Notes: generated from the letters alone by a model not told the origin. A stretch of 64,000 bases of DNA from an uncultured delta proteobacterium (GCA_963743305.1 CAVUPH010000016.1:1-64000), one strand, 5' to 3'. Shown: positions 39,990-50,773, numbered from the stretch's first letter. Program-made: numbers and translations.

Positions 39990-41198
39990 TTAAGACCTGA
40001 GTAGTATTTTCCGGAGCCAGTCCAGGGCCATGACCGTGACCCGATCGGCCAAAATGTCCGGGGGCCCGCCGATGGGGTGTTCATAGTATTCCGATCGGTG
40101 TCCCCGTGCGAAACTCAAATGCAATACCTGTCGGTCGGCGGTTTCCGCAACGAAAATTCCTAACCCGCAATCTGTTGCCAGCGCTTTCCTGATCGACCGG
40201 GCTAAAGGCAGCCCCGGGTTTTTTTGTGGTCCTCTTATTTTCAGGGGCCAGTCGGCCCAATGCTGGATGACCCAGCCACCCTTGATCCCGGGGCTCGGGG
40301 TGGCTTGTAGACGCTGAAAAATTCGTCCGTCGGTAAAGGCATCGGCTACCGCTAAGGTGAGACTCTGCTGTTCCAGTTCCCGGACCACGGTACCTTCCAG
40401 CGTTTCCTCGTCTTCCCCAAAAATGACTGGTCCCAACCGTTCCCGAATTTGATCGGCTACCGTCTGAATAAGTTTTTGCGTGGCTTCCCGGTTTTTGCCC
40501 CTGGCAGTCAGCCGGATTCGGATTTCTCCCGGAGAGGCTAAGAGGCCGATGATCGGGTTGGTGCTCTCCCGGATCAGGTCCCCGATCTGTTCATCCACCC
40601 GGCTTTCACCCAGGCCGCAGACCTTCAAGACCTTATATTCGATCAATCCCCGGGCCGTCCCCATTTTCTTTTGGAGAAAGGGGGCGATGGACTCCGACCA
40701 CATCCGTTTTAACTCGCGGGGCACCCCCGGGACGGTGATGATTAGATGCTCTTTTTCGGTTTCCAGGATAAACCCGGGGGCCGTACCGATCGGGTTGAGC
40801 AGGGTTTGGGCGCGGGCCGGGATATAGGCCTGCTTGCGGTTATTGGGGGCCATGACAAATCCCGCCAGATCGAAATATCCCTGGATAATCCGCAGCAACC
40901 GGGGATGGAAAACCAGTTTTCGACCGGTGATCCGGGCGATTACTTCCCGGGTCAGGTCGTCTTCGGTTGGGCCGATGCCTCCGGTAGTCATAACGATCCG
41001 GGAGCGTTTCAGTGCCCGGGACAGCACTTCGGCCATGCGCCGAGGTTCATCCCCCACCTGACTGGAATAGCGGACTTCAATCCCCAGTTCCTGAAACCGG
41101 GCGGCCAGATAGGAGGTGTTGGTATCGATGATCTGCCCCAGTAAAAGCTCAGAGCCGATGGCCACAATCTCGGCGGTCCAGTTTTTCGGCATGCGCAT
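39990..41198 (-). CDS. cinA: CinA-like competence/damage-inducible protein
   Basis: AEIVAIGSELLLGQIIDTN, VGDE, TGGIGPTEDDLT, NPIGTAPG, PGVPRE; C-terminal PncC domain degenerate (ADAFTDG instead of AESCTGG). Confidence 0.85.
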   Translation of the reverse strand: MRMPKNWTAEIVAIGSELLLGQIIDTNTSYLAARFQELGIEVRYSSQVGDEPRRMAEVLSRALKRSRIVMTTGGIGPTEDDLTREVIARITGRKLVFHPRLLRIIQGYFDLAGFVMAPNNRKQAYIPARAQTLLNPIGTAPGFILETEKEHLIITVPGVPRELKRMWSESIAPFLQKKMGTARGLIEYKVLKVCGLGESRVDEQIGDLIRESTNPIIGLLASPGEIRIRLTARGKNREATQKLIQTVADQIRERLGPVIFGEDEETLEGTVVRELEQQSLTLAVADAFTDGRIFQRLQATPSPGIKGGWVIQHWADWPLKIRGPQKNPGLPLARSIRKALATDCGLGIFVAETADRQVLHLSFARGHRSEYYEHPIGGPPDILADRVTVMALDWLRKILLRS

Positions 41199-41279
41199 CC
41201 TCCATTTTTTGGATCAGCTTGCTGGAAGATCGAAGAAAAGTCAACCCCCCCGGTCCGGGATATCATTACTAGATGATTT

Positions 41280-41595
41280 GGTTATTCGCCCTTTGGGGTG
41301 GGTGGCCACAACCAAATGGTAGACTAACCTGGAATTGGGCCTCCGTGGCCGTCGGGTCTTGGCGAAAGGGTTTTCCATATTGTTTTTTAGATGTTAACCC
41401 GGCCCCCGTGTTATTAAATCTTCCCGGAGGCAGGGCCAGCCTGAGAGGCTTCAAAAGTCTTTGAGTTTGGGCCTACTTCAAATAAAATTAGTATGTTCGG
41501 CCCGGATTCGAAGTCCGAAGAACCTTTGGAAAACCCTTACGCCAAGACCCGACGGCCAGATCCAATAGGGGGGGTAGCCACCCCAAAGGGCGAAG
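41280..41595. repeat. Nested-palindrome element, copy 1
   Basis: Inner IR GGCCGTCGGGTCTTGGCGWAAGGGTTTTCCA (41347-41377 / ~41526-41557); outer IR TTCGCCCTTTGGGGTGG (41285-41301 / ~41577-41594). Confidence 0.75.
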
Positions 41596-41711
41596 CGCCA
41601 ATTATTTTTCTAAATTTTATACCAGACTTTCCGAAGAAACCCTTAGGGTGTATTATCTTCAAGGGATCTCTATCCCTGATTACATCGGTGTCCTAAAAGG
41701 AGGTTTTTTCA

Positions 41712-42497
41712 GTGAAAAAATGGATCAGGCAACTCGTACTGACTTTAGGAATCGGCTGCTTAGGATTGGGCCTGACAGCGGTAGCCGTATCGGCCCAGGG
41801 GGTGCCTTTGAGGGTTGGCATTACCCCGGATTATCCGCCGCTTATTTTTCGCCAGGGGGAGACGGTCACGGGCATCGAAGCGGACCTGGCCCGGAAACTC
41901 GGACAGGAGCTTAATAGGCCGGTAAGTCTGGTCACGCTGAAATGGGAGGAGCAGATCGACGCGCTCTTGGGGAAAAAGATCGATCTGATAATGTCCGGGA
42001 TGAGCATCACCCCCGTCCGGGAGATCCGGATCCGGTTTAGCGACCCCTACCTGAAAAGCGGCCTGCTGGCGGTCTTTAGGGCGGAGGATTCCAAGAAATA
42101 TGAAACCAAGGAGGGGCTGCTTAAAGGGATTGCGGTGGTTGCGGCCGCTCGCGATACCACCGGAGATGTTTTCTTAAAAAGGAACTTCCCCCGGACCACA
42201 CGGAAGGTCGTTCTCCCTAAGCCCGGGGACGCCGTCTATGAGTTAAAAAGGAGGTCCATTGATATTTTTATCCATGACGCCCCTTATATCCTCTGGATGG
42301 TTTCGCAAAACGAAGCCGATTTGACCGCCCTCTGGGAACCATTGAATCAGGAGTCCTTGGCCTGGGGGATCCGGAAAGATGATGAGACCCTCCTTACTCA
42401 AGTGAACGAGGCGCTCAAAAAATGGCGGGGGGACGGGACCCTGGAAGCGGTCCTCCTCAAATGGCTTCCGGGGAACTACTTGAATATCTTTAAATAG
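41712..42497 (+). CDS. Amino-acid ABC transporter substrate-binding protein (family 3), orphan
   Basis: Signal peptide, LRVGITPDYPP, GIEADLA, IDLIMSGMSIT..R...I.FSDPY. Confidence 0.88.
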   Translation: MKKWIRQLVLTLGIGCLGLGLTAVAVSAQGVPLRVGITPDYPPLIFRQGETVTGIEADLARKLGQELNRPVSLVTLKWEEQIDALLGKKIDLIMSGMSITPVREIRIRFSDPYLKSGLLAVFRAEDSKKYETKEGLLKGIAVVAAARDTTGDVFLKRNFPRTTRKVVLPKPGDAVYELKRRSIDIFIHDAPYILWMVSQNEADLTALWEPLNQESLAWGIRKDDETLLTQVNEALKKWRGDGTLEAVLLKWLPGNYLNIFK

Positions 42498-42522
42498 TCT
42501 TATCAACCCGATCGGTTTCGCC

Positions 42523-43785
42523 TTACTGACTGGTAATTTGATGAATACTGCCCCCCGGGTAATCGGCTACATACAGATTGCCCGCCTGATCCTCGCCAAA
42601 GGTAGAAATGCCGAAGGGGGCGGTTAGCAGTAGATTGGCGAACCAGGTACCGTTTAAGCGCTGCAGTCCACGAATAGTACCGGAACAAATATCACCATAA
42701 AAATAAATACCCTGCATAGCGGCATTGCCCGGGCCGCGATAGACATACCCGCCGGTGATGGAACAATCCGGGGAGTGGGGGTACTCCGTCACCGGGGAAG
42801 AATACCGTAGGGGCGCAACGCACCCCACGGGCGGGTCAAAGCAATGCAATCCTTCCAGGATGTTCCAGCCGTAATTTTCCCCTCCCGGGCTGTTTGTCGG
42901 CTGAAAGTCAACCTCCTCCCAGAGGTTCTGACCCACGTCGCCAATGTAGAGGTCGCCCGTCTGCCGGTCGAAAGAAAAACGCCAGGGATTCCGAAGTCCC
43001 AGGGCCCAGATTTCGCCTCGATATCCGGGTGTTCCCACATAGGGGTTGGTGGCGGGGATGCCGTAGTTTAGCGCCGGTCCCGATTTGAATATCAAAGGGA
43101 AATAGGTTCTAAATAAAGCTAATACCGGGGTGTTGACCGGTTCCACATCGATTCGAAGCAGTTTTCCCAATAGCGCGCCGGGGTTCTGACCGTTCTTGAA
43201 GGGATCGCCCCCGCTGCCGCCGTCCCCGGTACCGATATAGAGGTAGCCGTCCGGCCCAAACTGCAGTTGTCCCCCATTGTGGTTGGAAAAGGTGGGGTGC
43301 TCGATGGTCAGGATGATCTCCTCACTGTTCGGATCGGCTACATCCGGGTTGGACGTCGGCCGGAAGCGGGCGATGACCAGCGTTCCGGTCGGATTGGTAT
43401 AATAAACGTAAAAGCGGTTTCTGGTGGATCCGTAGCCCGGGGGAAAGGCCACGCTCAACAAACCCTGTTCCCCCCCGGGATTGCCCAAACGAGCGGCGAT
43501 GTCCAGGAAGGGAGTCGGCAGCAGGGCGCCGTTTTTTATGATTCGGATTCGGCCTGGTTGTTCGGTGACGAAGACCCGGGAACTGTTGTCGCCGGCGTGG
43601 GTGATGGAAGTGGGCTGGCTCAAACCGCCGACGATCGGGCTGAGATTAATGGTCGGCCAGGATTGGGCTTGGGCCGATTTCAGTCCTAATGATCCAAACA
43701 GCACCCAAAGGCCGGCTATGGCTAGGAATAAGCCCGGGAAAGAAAGCACAATTAACCGTTTTTGTTTTTTTATAAACATGCCCAA
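42523..43785 (-). CDS. PQQ-dependent soluble aldose sugar dehydrogenase (GSDH family)
   Basis: GEQGLLSVAF, NHNGGQLQFGPDGYLYIGTGDGG, GLRNPWRFSFD, SITGGYVYRG, ISTFGED. Confidence 0.9.
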   Translation of the reverse strand: MGMFIKKQKRLIVLSFPGLFLAIAGLWVLFGSLGLKSAQAQSWPTINLSPIVGGLSQPTSITHAGDNSSRVFVTEQPGRIRIIKNGALLPTPFLDIAARLGNPGGEQGLLSVAFPPGYGSTRNRFYVYYTNPTGTLVIARFRPTSNPDVADPNSEEIILTIEHPTFSNHNGGQLQFGPDGYLYIGTGDGGSGGDPFKNGQNPGALLGKLLRIDVEPVNTPVLALFRTYFPLIFKSGPALNYGIPATNPYVGTPGYRGEIWALGLRNPWRFSFDRQTGDLYIGDVGQNLWEEVDFQPTNSPGGENYGWNILEGLHCFDPPVGCVAPLRYSSPVTEYPHSPDCSITGGYVYRGPGNAAMQGIYFYGDICSGTIRGLQRLNGTWFANLLLTAPFGISTFGEDQAGNLYVADYPGGSIHQITSQ

Positions 43786-43968
43786 AACTCCTTTCTTTTT
43801 CCTCTCACCTGGCGGGAGAGGTTGGGGAAAAGGGGGAAAGATTTGTTTTGCATGCCTTATAGAAATACTTTAACCTAATATAGCAGTTTTGTCACCTGGG
43901 ACCAACACGAATTAATCCGGATTTTCCCAGGCCGAGTAGTATGAAATCAAAAACAAAGAGGAGAAATT

Positions 43969-44754
43969 ATGAAAAAAGATAGACTGGTATTTCGACGGTT
44001 CAAGGGGTTTCTCTGGCTCGCCCTGGTCTTGACGACCGGTTTGCTTTTCAATTTCAACCCCGCCCTGGGGCAGGGAACGAAACCCCTCGTTGGGCTGAAC
44101 GCCACCACGCTAACAACCGATTTTGTTTATTTGCCGGTGATTTTCAAAGATGTAGGTGCCTGCCCGCAGACCGTTTGTAACGGGGATTTTGAGAAGGGTC
44201 CGGATGGTTCCTGGGCCATTGCTTCGAGCAATACCTTAGCGGACTTCGTAATTGTGAACTTATTCGATTTTGGAATTTCCAATCACAGCGGTAATTTTTC
44301 CGCCTGGTTGGGTGGAGATCCCGCGGAGATCACCACGATCACCCAACAAATCACTGTCCCCGGGGATGCCACTCAGCTCGTTTATTGGTATTGGATCGAC
44401 TCCAACGACATTTGCGGAAAGAGCACGGCAACGGTTTACCTGGACACCACCCCCTTAAAGTCCTACGATTTGTGCCAGGTGACAACGGACTGGACGATGG
44501 AAACGATAGCTATTCCCGCTAATTTTCAGGGAAAAACGTTGAATCTGATTTTTAAGGCGGAAACCGCCCCTGATCCTAACCCTGATCCCATCAACGGGAG
44601 TAAAGTCAGCAGCTTTTTCTTGGACGATGTGTCCATTCTGGGAGTCCAGTCGCCGATTTCCTTGAAAAGCACTGGACAGACCCCAAAAACCGGAACGCCT
44701 TTTTCTCCCGTGTTAAGAAAGTCTCCCAGGTCTTCGGCGGAGAAAGGCCAATAA
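43969..44754 (+). CDS. Hypothetical secreted beta-sandwich protein
   Basis: Signal peptide; NGDFE.G...W, HSG..SAWLGG, QQITVP and FFLDDVSI pattern of jelly-roll modules. Confidence 0.7.
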   Translation: MKKDRLVFRRFKGFLWLALVLTTGLLFNFNPALGQGTKPLVGLNATTLTTDFVYLPVIFKDVGACPQTVCNGDFEKGPDGSWAIASSNTLADFVIVNLFDFGISNHSGNFSAWLGGDPAEITTITQQITVPGDATQLVYWYWIDSNDICGKSTATVYLDTTPLKSYDLCQVTTDWTMETIAIPANFQGKTLNLIFKAETAPDPNPDPINGSKVSSFFLDDVSILGVQSPISLKSTGQTPKTGTPFSPVLRKSPRSSAEKGQ

Positions 44755-44764
44755 GGCCTCCAGG

Positions 44765-45040
44765 ATCGAAGGGGCTCGGCGAAAGGGCTTTCCAAAGGTA
44801 CTCCGGACTTCGAACCCGGGCCTAAGTTACCAATTTTATTTGAAGCAGGCCCAAACTCAAAGGCTTTTGATGCTTCTTCGGCCGGCCCTGCCTCCGTGAA
44901 GATTTAGAAACATGGGGGCCGGGTTAGAACCTATAAAGCAAGGTGGAAAACCCTTTCGCCGAGACCCATCGGCCTCGAAGGCCTGATTTCAGTCCAATCT
45001 ACCAGATAGTGTGGCCACACACCCAAAAGGGCGAACAACC
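44765..45040. repeat. Nested-palindrome element, copy 2 (inverted relative to copy 1)
   Basis: Aligns by eye along its length with the reverse complement of 41280-41557 (e.g. AATTTTATTTGAAGYAGGCCCAAACTCAAAG, GGCCCTGCCTCCG, GGGGGCCGGGTTA). Confidence 0.75.
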
Positions 45041-45061
45041 ATTAAAAACCCGCTAGGCGGA

Positions 45062-48000
45062 TTAATCAAGGCGCTCGGCTCTTCGCAAACCGGAAGCCGG
45101 CTGTTTGAGATTGAAGGTGTATTGCTTAATCGTTTGCTCGCTCGAGTACCAGGGCACGCCGCCCACTTTGACCTGTATTCGCGCCTTCGCCGACCGCAGT
45201 GCGAGGCGCGGTTCGATCTTCCCGTTGAAGCTGGCGTTCCAGGTTTTCTTCCCGAAATCTATGGAAACGTGGGGGCCAGGCTTCTTCAGGACGGTGGGTT
45301 GGTAGCCGACCTTTCGAAGGACGGTTGATTGGTAGGGATAGACCAGTCTCCCCCCATTGGCCAGGGCCTGGGCGTAATCCGGGTGCGATAAGAGCGGCAC
45401 ATTGATTTGGTGGCCGTTCACCGAGAAGGAAATGTCGCCGAAGTTGGTCAGGCCGTCTGGGAGATCCCCTTGCAGCGTGATAGACCCCAGACCCGTGGAT
45501 TGATCAAAGGAGCCGTTGTATCTGCTCAGCGAGAGCCCGTCCGAAGCCGTCGCGAGAACGCGGTGGTCCCATTGGGTTTCGACCTGGTGGTCAACCTCAG
45601 AAGAGAACGTATATTTGCCGTTCACTTTTAACTTCAAATGAATTCGTCCGCCTGAGTCCCCCACCGCCTGGGAAAGATCAGCCTTGGCGAGGTTGAAATC
45701 CCAGGTGGGCCTATCGAAATCGAGTTTCAGGACCACGATGTCACTCTGTATGGAGCTACTGGTCCTGAACGTCCAGACATTCCCCTGGCGCGTCCAGGTG
45801 CCATTGGCCTCCGGTGACGACCAGGTGTAACCGTTCAGCTTGACGGAGACCCCCGAGGTCGGGTCGAATTGCTGGGCTGTCATGGGGATACGTTTGACCG
45901 TCCATTCATCTTCCTGCCAGACCATCTTGCCACCCACGAGGGAATAGCTGCTGCCGCCGGCGTTCCGGCTGCTCCCGCGGAGCCTGCCGCGCCCGCTCCT
46001 ACGATGGTCCCCGAGGCCTGATCCGCTTGGACGCTGGCGCCGAACTGCTGGCCGCCGACCGTGGCGCCCGAGGTGATCGTCCAGTGTATGGCCCAGGGCA
46101 ACTGCGAGTTGTAGCCCGTAGGCACCCAGGGGGCCTGGTTGTCCGTAGCCTGGAGCAGATAGGGCTGGATGGTCATGGTTTTGATGCAGCTCGGGTCGTT
46201 GTAGCAAGTAGGTATCACCAGCGCTGCGTTGACGTCGGTCCCCAAAGTAGCCGTGTTCGTCACGGAATTGGAAAAGTGTCCATCGTAACCCGCCTTGAGG
46301 TCAGCCTTGAAACCATTCAGCTCCGTGCCGATATCGAGACTCGTCTGGTTGGAAACGTCGACATCTGATGTCTGACCGGTGGTCGTCACCGTTTGGATAT
46401 CTTGCGAAAATGAGACGTTCCCGTTGGAGCCGGTCCCAAAACTAATCGTATTGATCCCCTTTTCGCCAGCGGTGGTATCTCCCAGCAAGGTTATGAAATG
46501 GTTGATGGTGGAATTGGTGGAATTGGATTCCCAGTCCGTAGTCCACCCGTTGAGGAAGTCCGTTGATTGCGTGAGCGGTACGACCCCGCTCATCAGCCCC
46601 GGGATGTCATCGTTCGGGCCGCCCGGGTTCGCCAGCTCGAAGGCCACCTGACGGTAAGAGAGCGCGGTCGGTTGGTCTGGGTGGTGTGGACGTCCTGGTT
46701 GAGGGGGGTGCCGATGTTGGTGGCCGTGACGTAGTCGTAGGCATAGAGCGCGTAATCCTGCACGACGATCGTCGGTACGTGAAAGATCGCCCAGCCCATC
46801 ATGCCGAGTTTGTCATAATCGTCGGGGTTCGTGGATGCGCTTTCGGTGCCGAGTGTCAACCCGTAGCTCACGGTGGAAGTCGTACTGGTCTCGTGGGCAC
46901 TCTCCCAGGCATGCTTGTAGTTGGAGTCTACCTGATCCTGGATGCCGAATTTATGCTCCATCCCGGCCTGGAGCGTGAGACCGGCGGAAACCAAGACAGC
47001 GTTTGACGTTTCCTGGCTGTTGGACACTTCGACGCCTAGCTCTTGCCGTAAGTAACATTGGAGAGATGCTCGATATCGGTATCTACTGCCCCGTTTCGAT
47101 TGAAGGGAGGGCTGCCCATGACCACGCCGACCAGTGTCCAGTACTTCCGAAGCGTCGCCTGTTCAACGGAATTACCGGTGCCGGTGTTGGTGCCCGTGCC
47201 GCCCGAACTTTGGCAACTGAGGGGGATGTCGGTATTTTGGGGAACCATGGCGTCGGAGGTGAAGGGCAGGTTCTGGGTGAGTTTCAGGGAGGGATAGGAG
47301 GTGTTGATGACCAGATGCTGCCTCTGGATGTTGTTGTTGGCGGTACACTCGGTGATGAACCAGGGGAAGGCGCTGATGCCGGTATAGCCATATCCACCGT
47401 TGGGGACGAAAACTTCGGGATCGACTTTCCACTGCCCGCCGGTCGTAGTGTAACTGTATTCGAGGCGCCTGACGGCGGATGAGGTCTCGTTCGTCGTCGA
47501 ATAGGTGGCCTGCGCGCCGAGAAAAAGCTGGAGGGTGGGGGTCTTGGCCGCCGGCCGAGAAACCCGGCGGATTATTGCCGGGTTGCAGGGTAAAGGCAGG
47601 GGAGGCCGTCCCGGCGAACAGGCCCAGGGAATGGTTAAAGTAGGTGCTTCCACTGGGTTCGCCGATTCCGATATTTTGGCCGTTGAGAACGGAGCCCGCT
47701 CCAAACTGACCATTCCAGGTCGCGGCGTAGAGGGAGTTATATTCAGAATAATAAGTCGTATAATTCCCATAAATAATCATAATCAGTGGATCGGCATCGG
47801 CGGGGTAAAAAGTGATGGCGTCCAACGGCTCCATGTTAGTGCCGCCGACCGAGAGCGCCGGGTAGGAACTCCAGTTGACGCCATCGCCGCTGGTGTAAGT
47901 CCCGTTATCCGCGAAGACATAGAGCAGGTTGTTGAAGACGACTATCGCTGCACTGGCCATGTCAATGACTTCACTGTAGCCAACTTGCGAGTAGGAATCC

Positions 48001-48462
48001 GTATGCTGCACGGGCCCCAAGTCTTTGGGGACGAGGTAGGCCCCGTTGGCATCCTTGGCAAAGTCGCCGGTGGTCAGGTCCCAGGCGGCCACGTATAGGT
48101 GGGTAGTGGAAGGCATTCCGGTGGACTTGTTGGTCGTGCATCCCGGGTTGCCGGTAAAGGCGAAAAAGATCTTCTGGTCGAAAACGGCCCCGTTCATGCC
48201 GACGCCACCCCAATCCGGGGTGCAGGAGCCCACGCTTTGGGTCACCGCCGTTCCCAGCGTCAAGAGAAAATTGGAGTCCACCGTCCCTGCCTGGTGGGAG
48301 AGGGTTTGGTGCTTGGCATCTGCTCCGACGCTCAGGTAGTGAACCTGGCTGTTGACATAGATCCCCCGTTTCATACCGCCCTCCGCCCTCGGGATGGCCA
48401 GGGGCGGCGAAGGCGATAACGAGGGTAAAGGCCATGATGACGTGAAGCCGGGACTTTTTCAT
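45062..48462 (-). CDS. Large secreted protein (about 1130 aa) read across ~5 frameshifts
   Basis: AAGGAG RBS and MKKSRLHVIMAFTLVIAFAA signal; collinear ORF pieces 47172-48374, 47036-47770, 46593-47027, 45880-46647 and 45062-46207 share Ser/Thr/Gly/Asn-rich beta composition. Confidence 0.7.
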
Positions 48463-48941
48463 AATTCTCCTTTTACCGCTACTCCATCTTGAAGCGAAAT
48501 GACTTGAATTTACACGCTATTTTTCCTTGCCGGGGTAATAACTGAATGCTGCCTGGGCTGTGCCGCTATTATCCTCTACCAGTAATTGGTCTGGTTTCTT
48601 TTATTGTATCGGTTGATCTTACTTTTCTTAAACCCATGGGGAGCAGCATACCCCTAACGGATATCGAAATCCGTAAGACTGAATTTTTGGAGAGGATAAC
48701 AAGAGGATTGCTTTTCGGGCAGAAGCGGATTGGATTCCCGCTGATCTAAAAAAGAGTATGAGGTGGGAAAGAACTATAAAGGTTATAGTTAACCAGAATC
48801 GTTCAAGCAGGCTAATTCCCGCAATTTTCTCAACGTTGGGGATTGAAGGGGTGTTAGCGGCCTCTTCTTCGGAGAGCTAAGACTAGTGTCCTCTTCTTGA
48901 GTTGGAATTAGCAGGCCCCTCTTATAGTCAGGAAATACTTA

Positions 48942-49436
48942 TCAGGCCCCCAATGCCCCCCTTATTTCCTTCAGATGATCGATGTGGAACCCGACATGAT
49001 AATCCACCAGGGCGGAAATCCATTCGGCCAGGGTGGGGTATTCGCCGAGGGGCGTTTCTTTCAATAGGGGAACATGGGCCTTGCGGTTGAGTTGATCAGC
49101 AGACAATCCGGCGGCGAAATCCGCAATCCGGCTATATTCCTTTTCAAACTCCGCCAGGAGTGCGGCAAAGGTCATTTGGGCCCGCCTGTCCGTGAAATAA
49201 GGGTTCTCCGCTTCGATGTCAAATCGGGGAGTGTCCTGGTCCAGGAAGCCCTGCAGCATGGGCAGATAACCGATTCCGTCGGGGCCGCTGATATGCGAGA
49301 CAATCTGCTTAGCGGACCAGCGACCTTCGGGTGCCCGGGAGGCGGTCTCCTCATCCAAGTCTTTTGCCATAGCCAAAAAACCACCCAATTTTTGCCTAAC
49401 CAATCCCGCCAATTCCTCTGCTTTGCTCTCGGCCAT
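48942..49436 (-). CDS. DinB family protein
   Basis: APEGRWSAKQIVSHI and H...HI.HL metal-binding pattern. Confidence 0.8.
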   Translation of the reverse strand: MAESKAEELAGLVRQKLGGFLAMAKDLDEETASRAPEGRWSAKQIVSHISGPDGIGYLPMLQGFLDQDTPRFDIEAENPYFTDRRAQMTFAALLAEFEKEYSRIADFAAGLSADQLNRKAHVPLLKETPLGEYPTLAEWISALVDYHVGFHIDHLKEIRGALGA

Positions 49437-49557
49437 TTCTTTCTCCTTTCAATAAGATATCGAACTGATACCCAGAAGATAGGCATAATACTCCGTAAGT
49501 CAAATTCAGGGGTTATCCGGTTTTGATTTTTGCTGAAGGGAGGTGGAACAGGGGAGG

Positions 49558-49752
49558 TTAAACTTCCAGGTCCAAACTTTGCCCGATCCCCATGGATTTT
49601 AGCAATTCGGCGGCGACGGATTTTTGAAAGGCGAGGGCGTCGGCCAGGACTCGCATGGTGACCGCGTCTTGAAGTTGGTTTGGTGACTCGGCACCGGCCT
49701 GGGAGGCGATAGCAGAGGTCAGACCTGGGCAGATTGCGGAAATTTCACTCAT
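49558..49752 (-). CDS. Small YjfB-like (putative motility) protein
   Basis: AVTMRVLADALAFQKSVAAELLKSMGIGQSLDLEV resembles the family C-terminus G.GxxxD. Confidence 0.55.
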   Translation of the reverse strand: MSEISAICPGLTSAIASQAGAESPNQLQDAVTMRVLADALAFQKSVAAELLKSMGIGQSLDLEV

Positions 49753-49788
49753 TCTTTATTTCAATCCTGTTTATCCAAGTTCAGTCAT

Positions 49789-49931
49789 GACAACCTCGCA
49801 AAAAGTCCAAAAACCTATCATTGCGAGCGAAGTGAAGCAATCCCCACCATGGTAACTAGCTGATTCTTGGGGATTGCTTCGTCGCTTCACTCCTCGCAAT
49901 GACAGCGCTGGGGACTTTTTGCGAAACCATC
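49789..49931. mobile_element. MITE family B containing a REP-like hairpin
   Basis: TIR TCGCAAAAAGTCC / GGACTTTTTGCGA; direct repeat TCAGTCAT at 49781-49788 and 49930-49937; internal TCATTGCGAG...CTCGCAATGAC. Confidence 0.75.
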
Positions 49932-50119
49932 AGTCATTGTTATCGGAAGATCTCCTTTTTTTCTTTAATCATCGGGTCAGCCATTGATGAAGGGGTTCCC
50001 GGAACAGCTCAGACTCCTGGACCATTTCCTGGACGATTTTTGCGAACAGAGAAAGAGGGCTTCTCCCCCGTTTAAGGCGCAACCCGGGGATAATTAAGAA
50101 TCTCCGGCTAGGCAAAAAA

Positions 50120-50139
50120 TTGATTGACAAGTCAATCAA
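50120..50139. promoter_or_regulatory. Palindromic operator overlapping the -35 of the TetR gene
   Basis: TTGATTGAC-AA-GTCAATCAA with perfect 9-bp arms, containing TTGACA, 20 nt upstream of the ATG. Confidence 0.7.
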
Positions 50140-50158
50140 AATTAGATAAGGTCAAAGC

Positions 50159-50773
50159 ATGAAAAAAGATAACGGTCATCTTCGCATGGAAAAACAAGCG
50201 GTTATCTTTGACGCGGCCCTGAAGGTCTTTCGGCAGAAGGGGTTCCATAAGGCACGGATTGCCGATATCGCCTCGGAAGCCGGGATCTCCTACGGGTTGG
50301 TTTATCATTACTACCATAACAAAGAGGGCCTGTTTAACACCATCCTCAATCAGTGGTGGGAAGACCTTTATCAGTTGTTGATCGAGACCCAGAAAGGGGG
50401 GGAGGACCTCCAGCGGCAGCTTCGAAAAATCATCCTCTATTTTCTTGATACGTATCAAAATAAGCCGGATTTGATTCATATTTTATCAATGAGATCTCCC
50501 GGTCCTCCAGCAACCTTAAAACCCGCCTGGAATACTTTAAGAAGTTTATGTCCATTACCGAAGGGATCATGGCCGAGGGCCAAAAGGCCGGGAGTCTCCG
50601 GCAGGATATTGAAGCCCATTATCTGACCTATATTTTCCTGGGGGCCATGGAGACCTTCATCTCGGTGATGGTTTACGGCGAACAGAAAATAAAAAACGAT
50701 CAAGCAAAAAGAGCGGATCACTCATAGCCTGATGGAAGTTTTTTTAAACGGGGCCAAGCAGACCCAAAACTAG
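50159..50773 (+). CDS. TetR/AcrR family regulator (frameshifted after ~50480)
   Basis: IFDAALKVFRQKGFHKARIADIASEAGISYGLVYHYY.NKEGL HTH; C-terminal parts LTYIFLGAMETF and EVFLNGAK lie in other frames. Confidence 0.85.
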
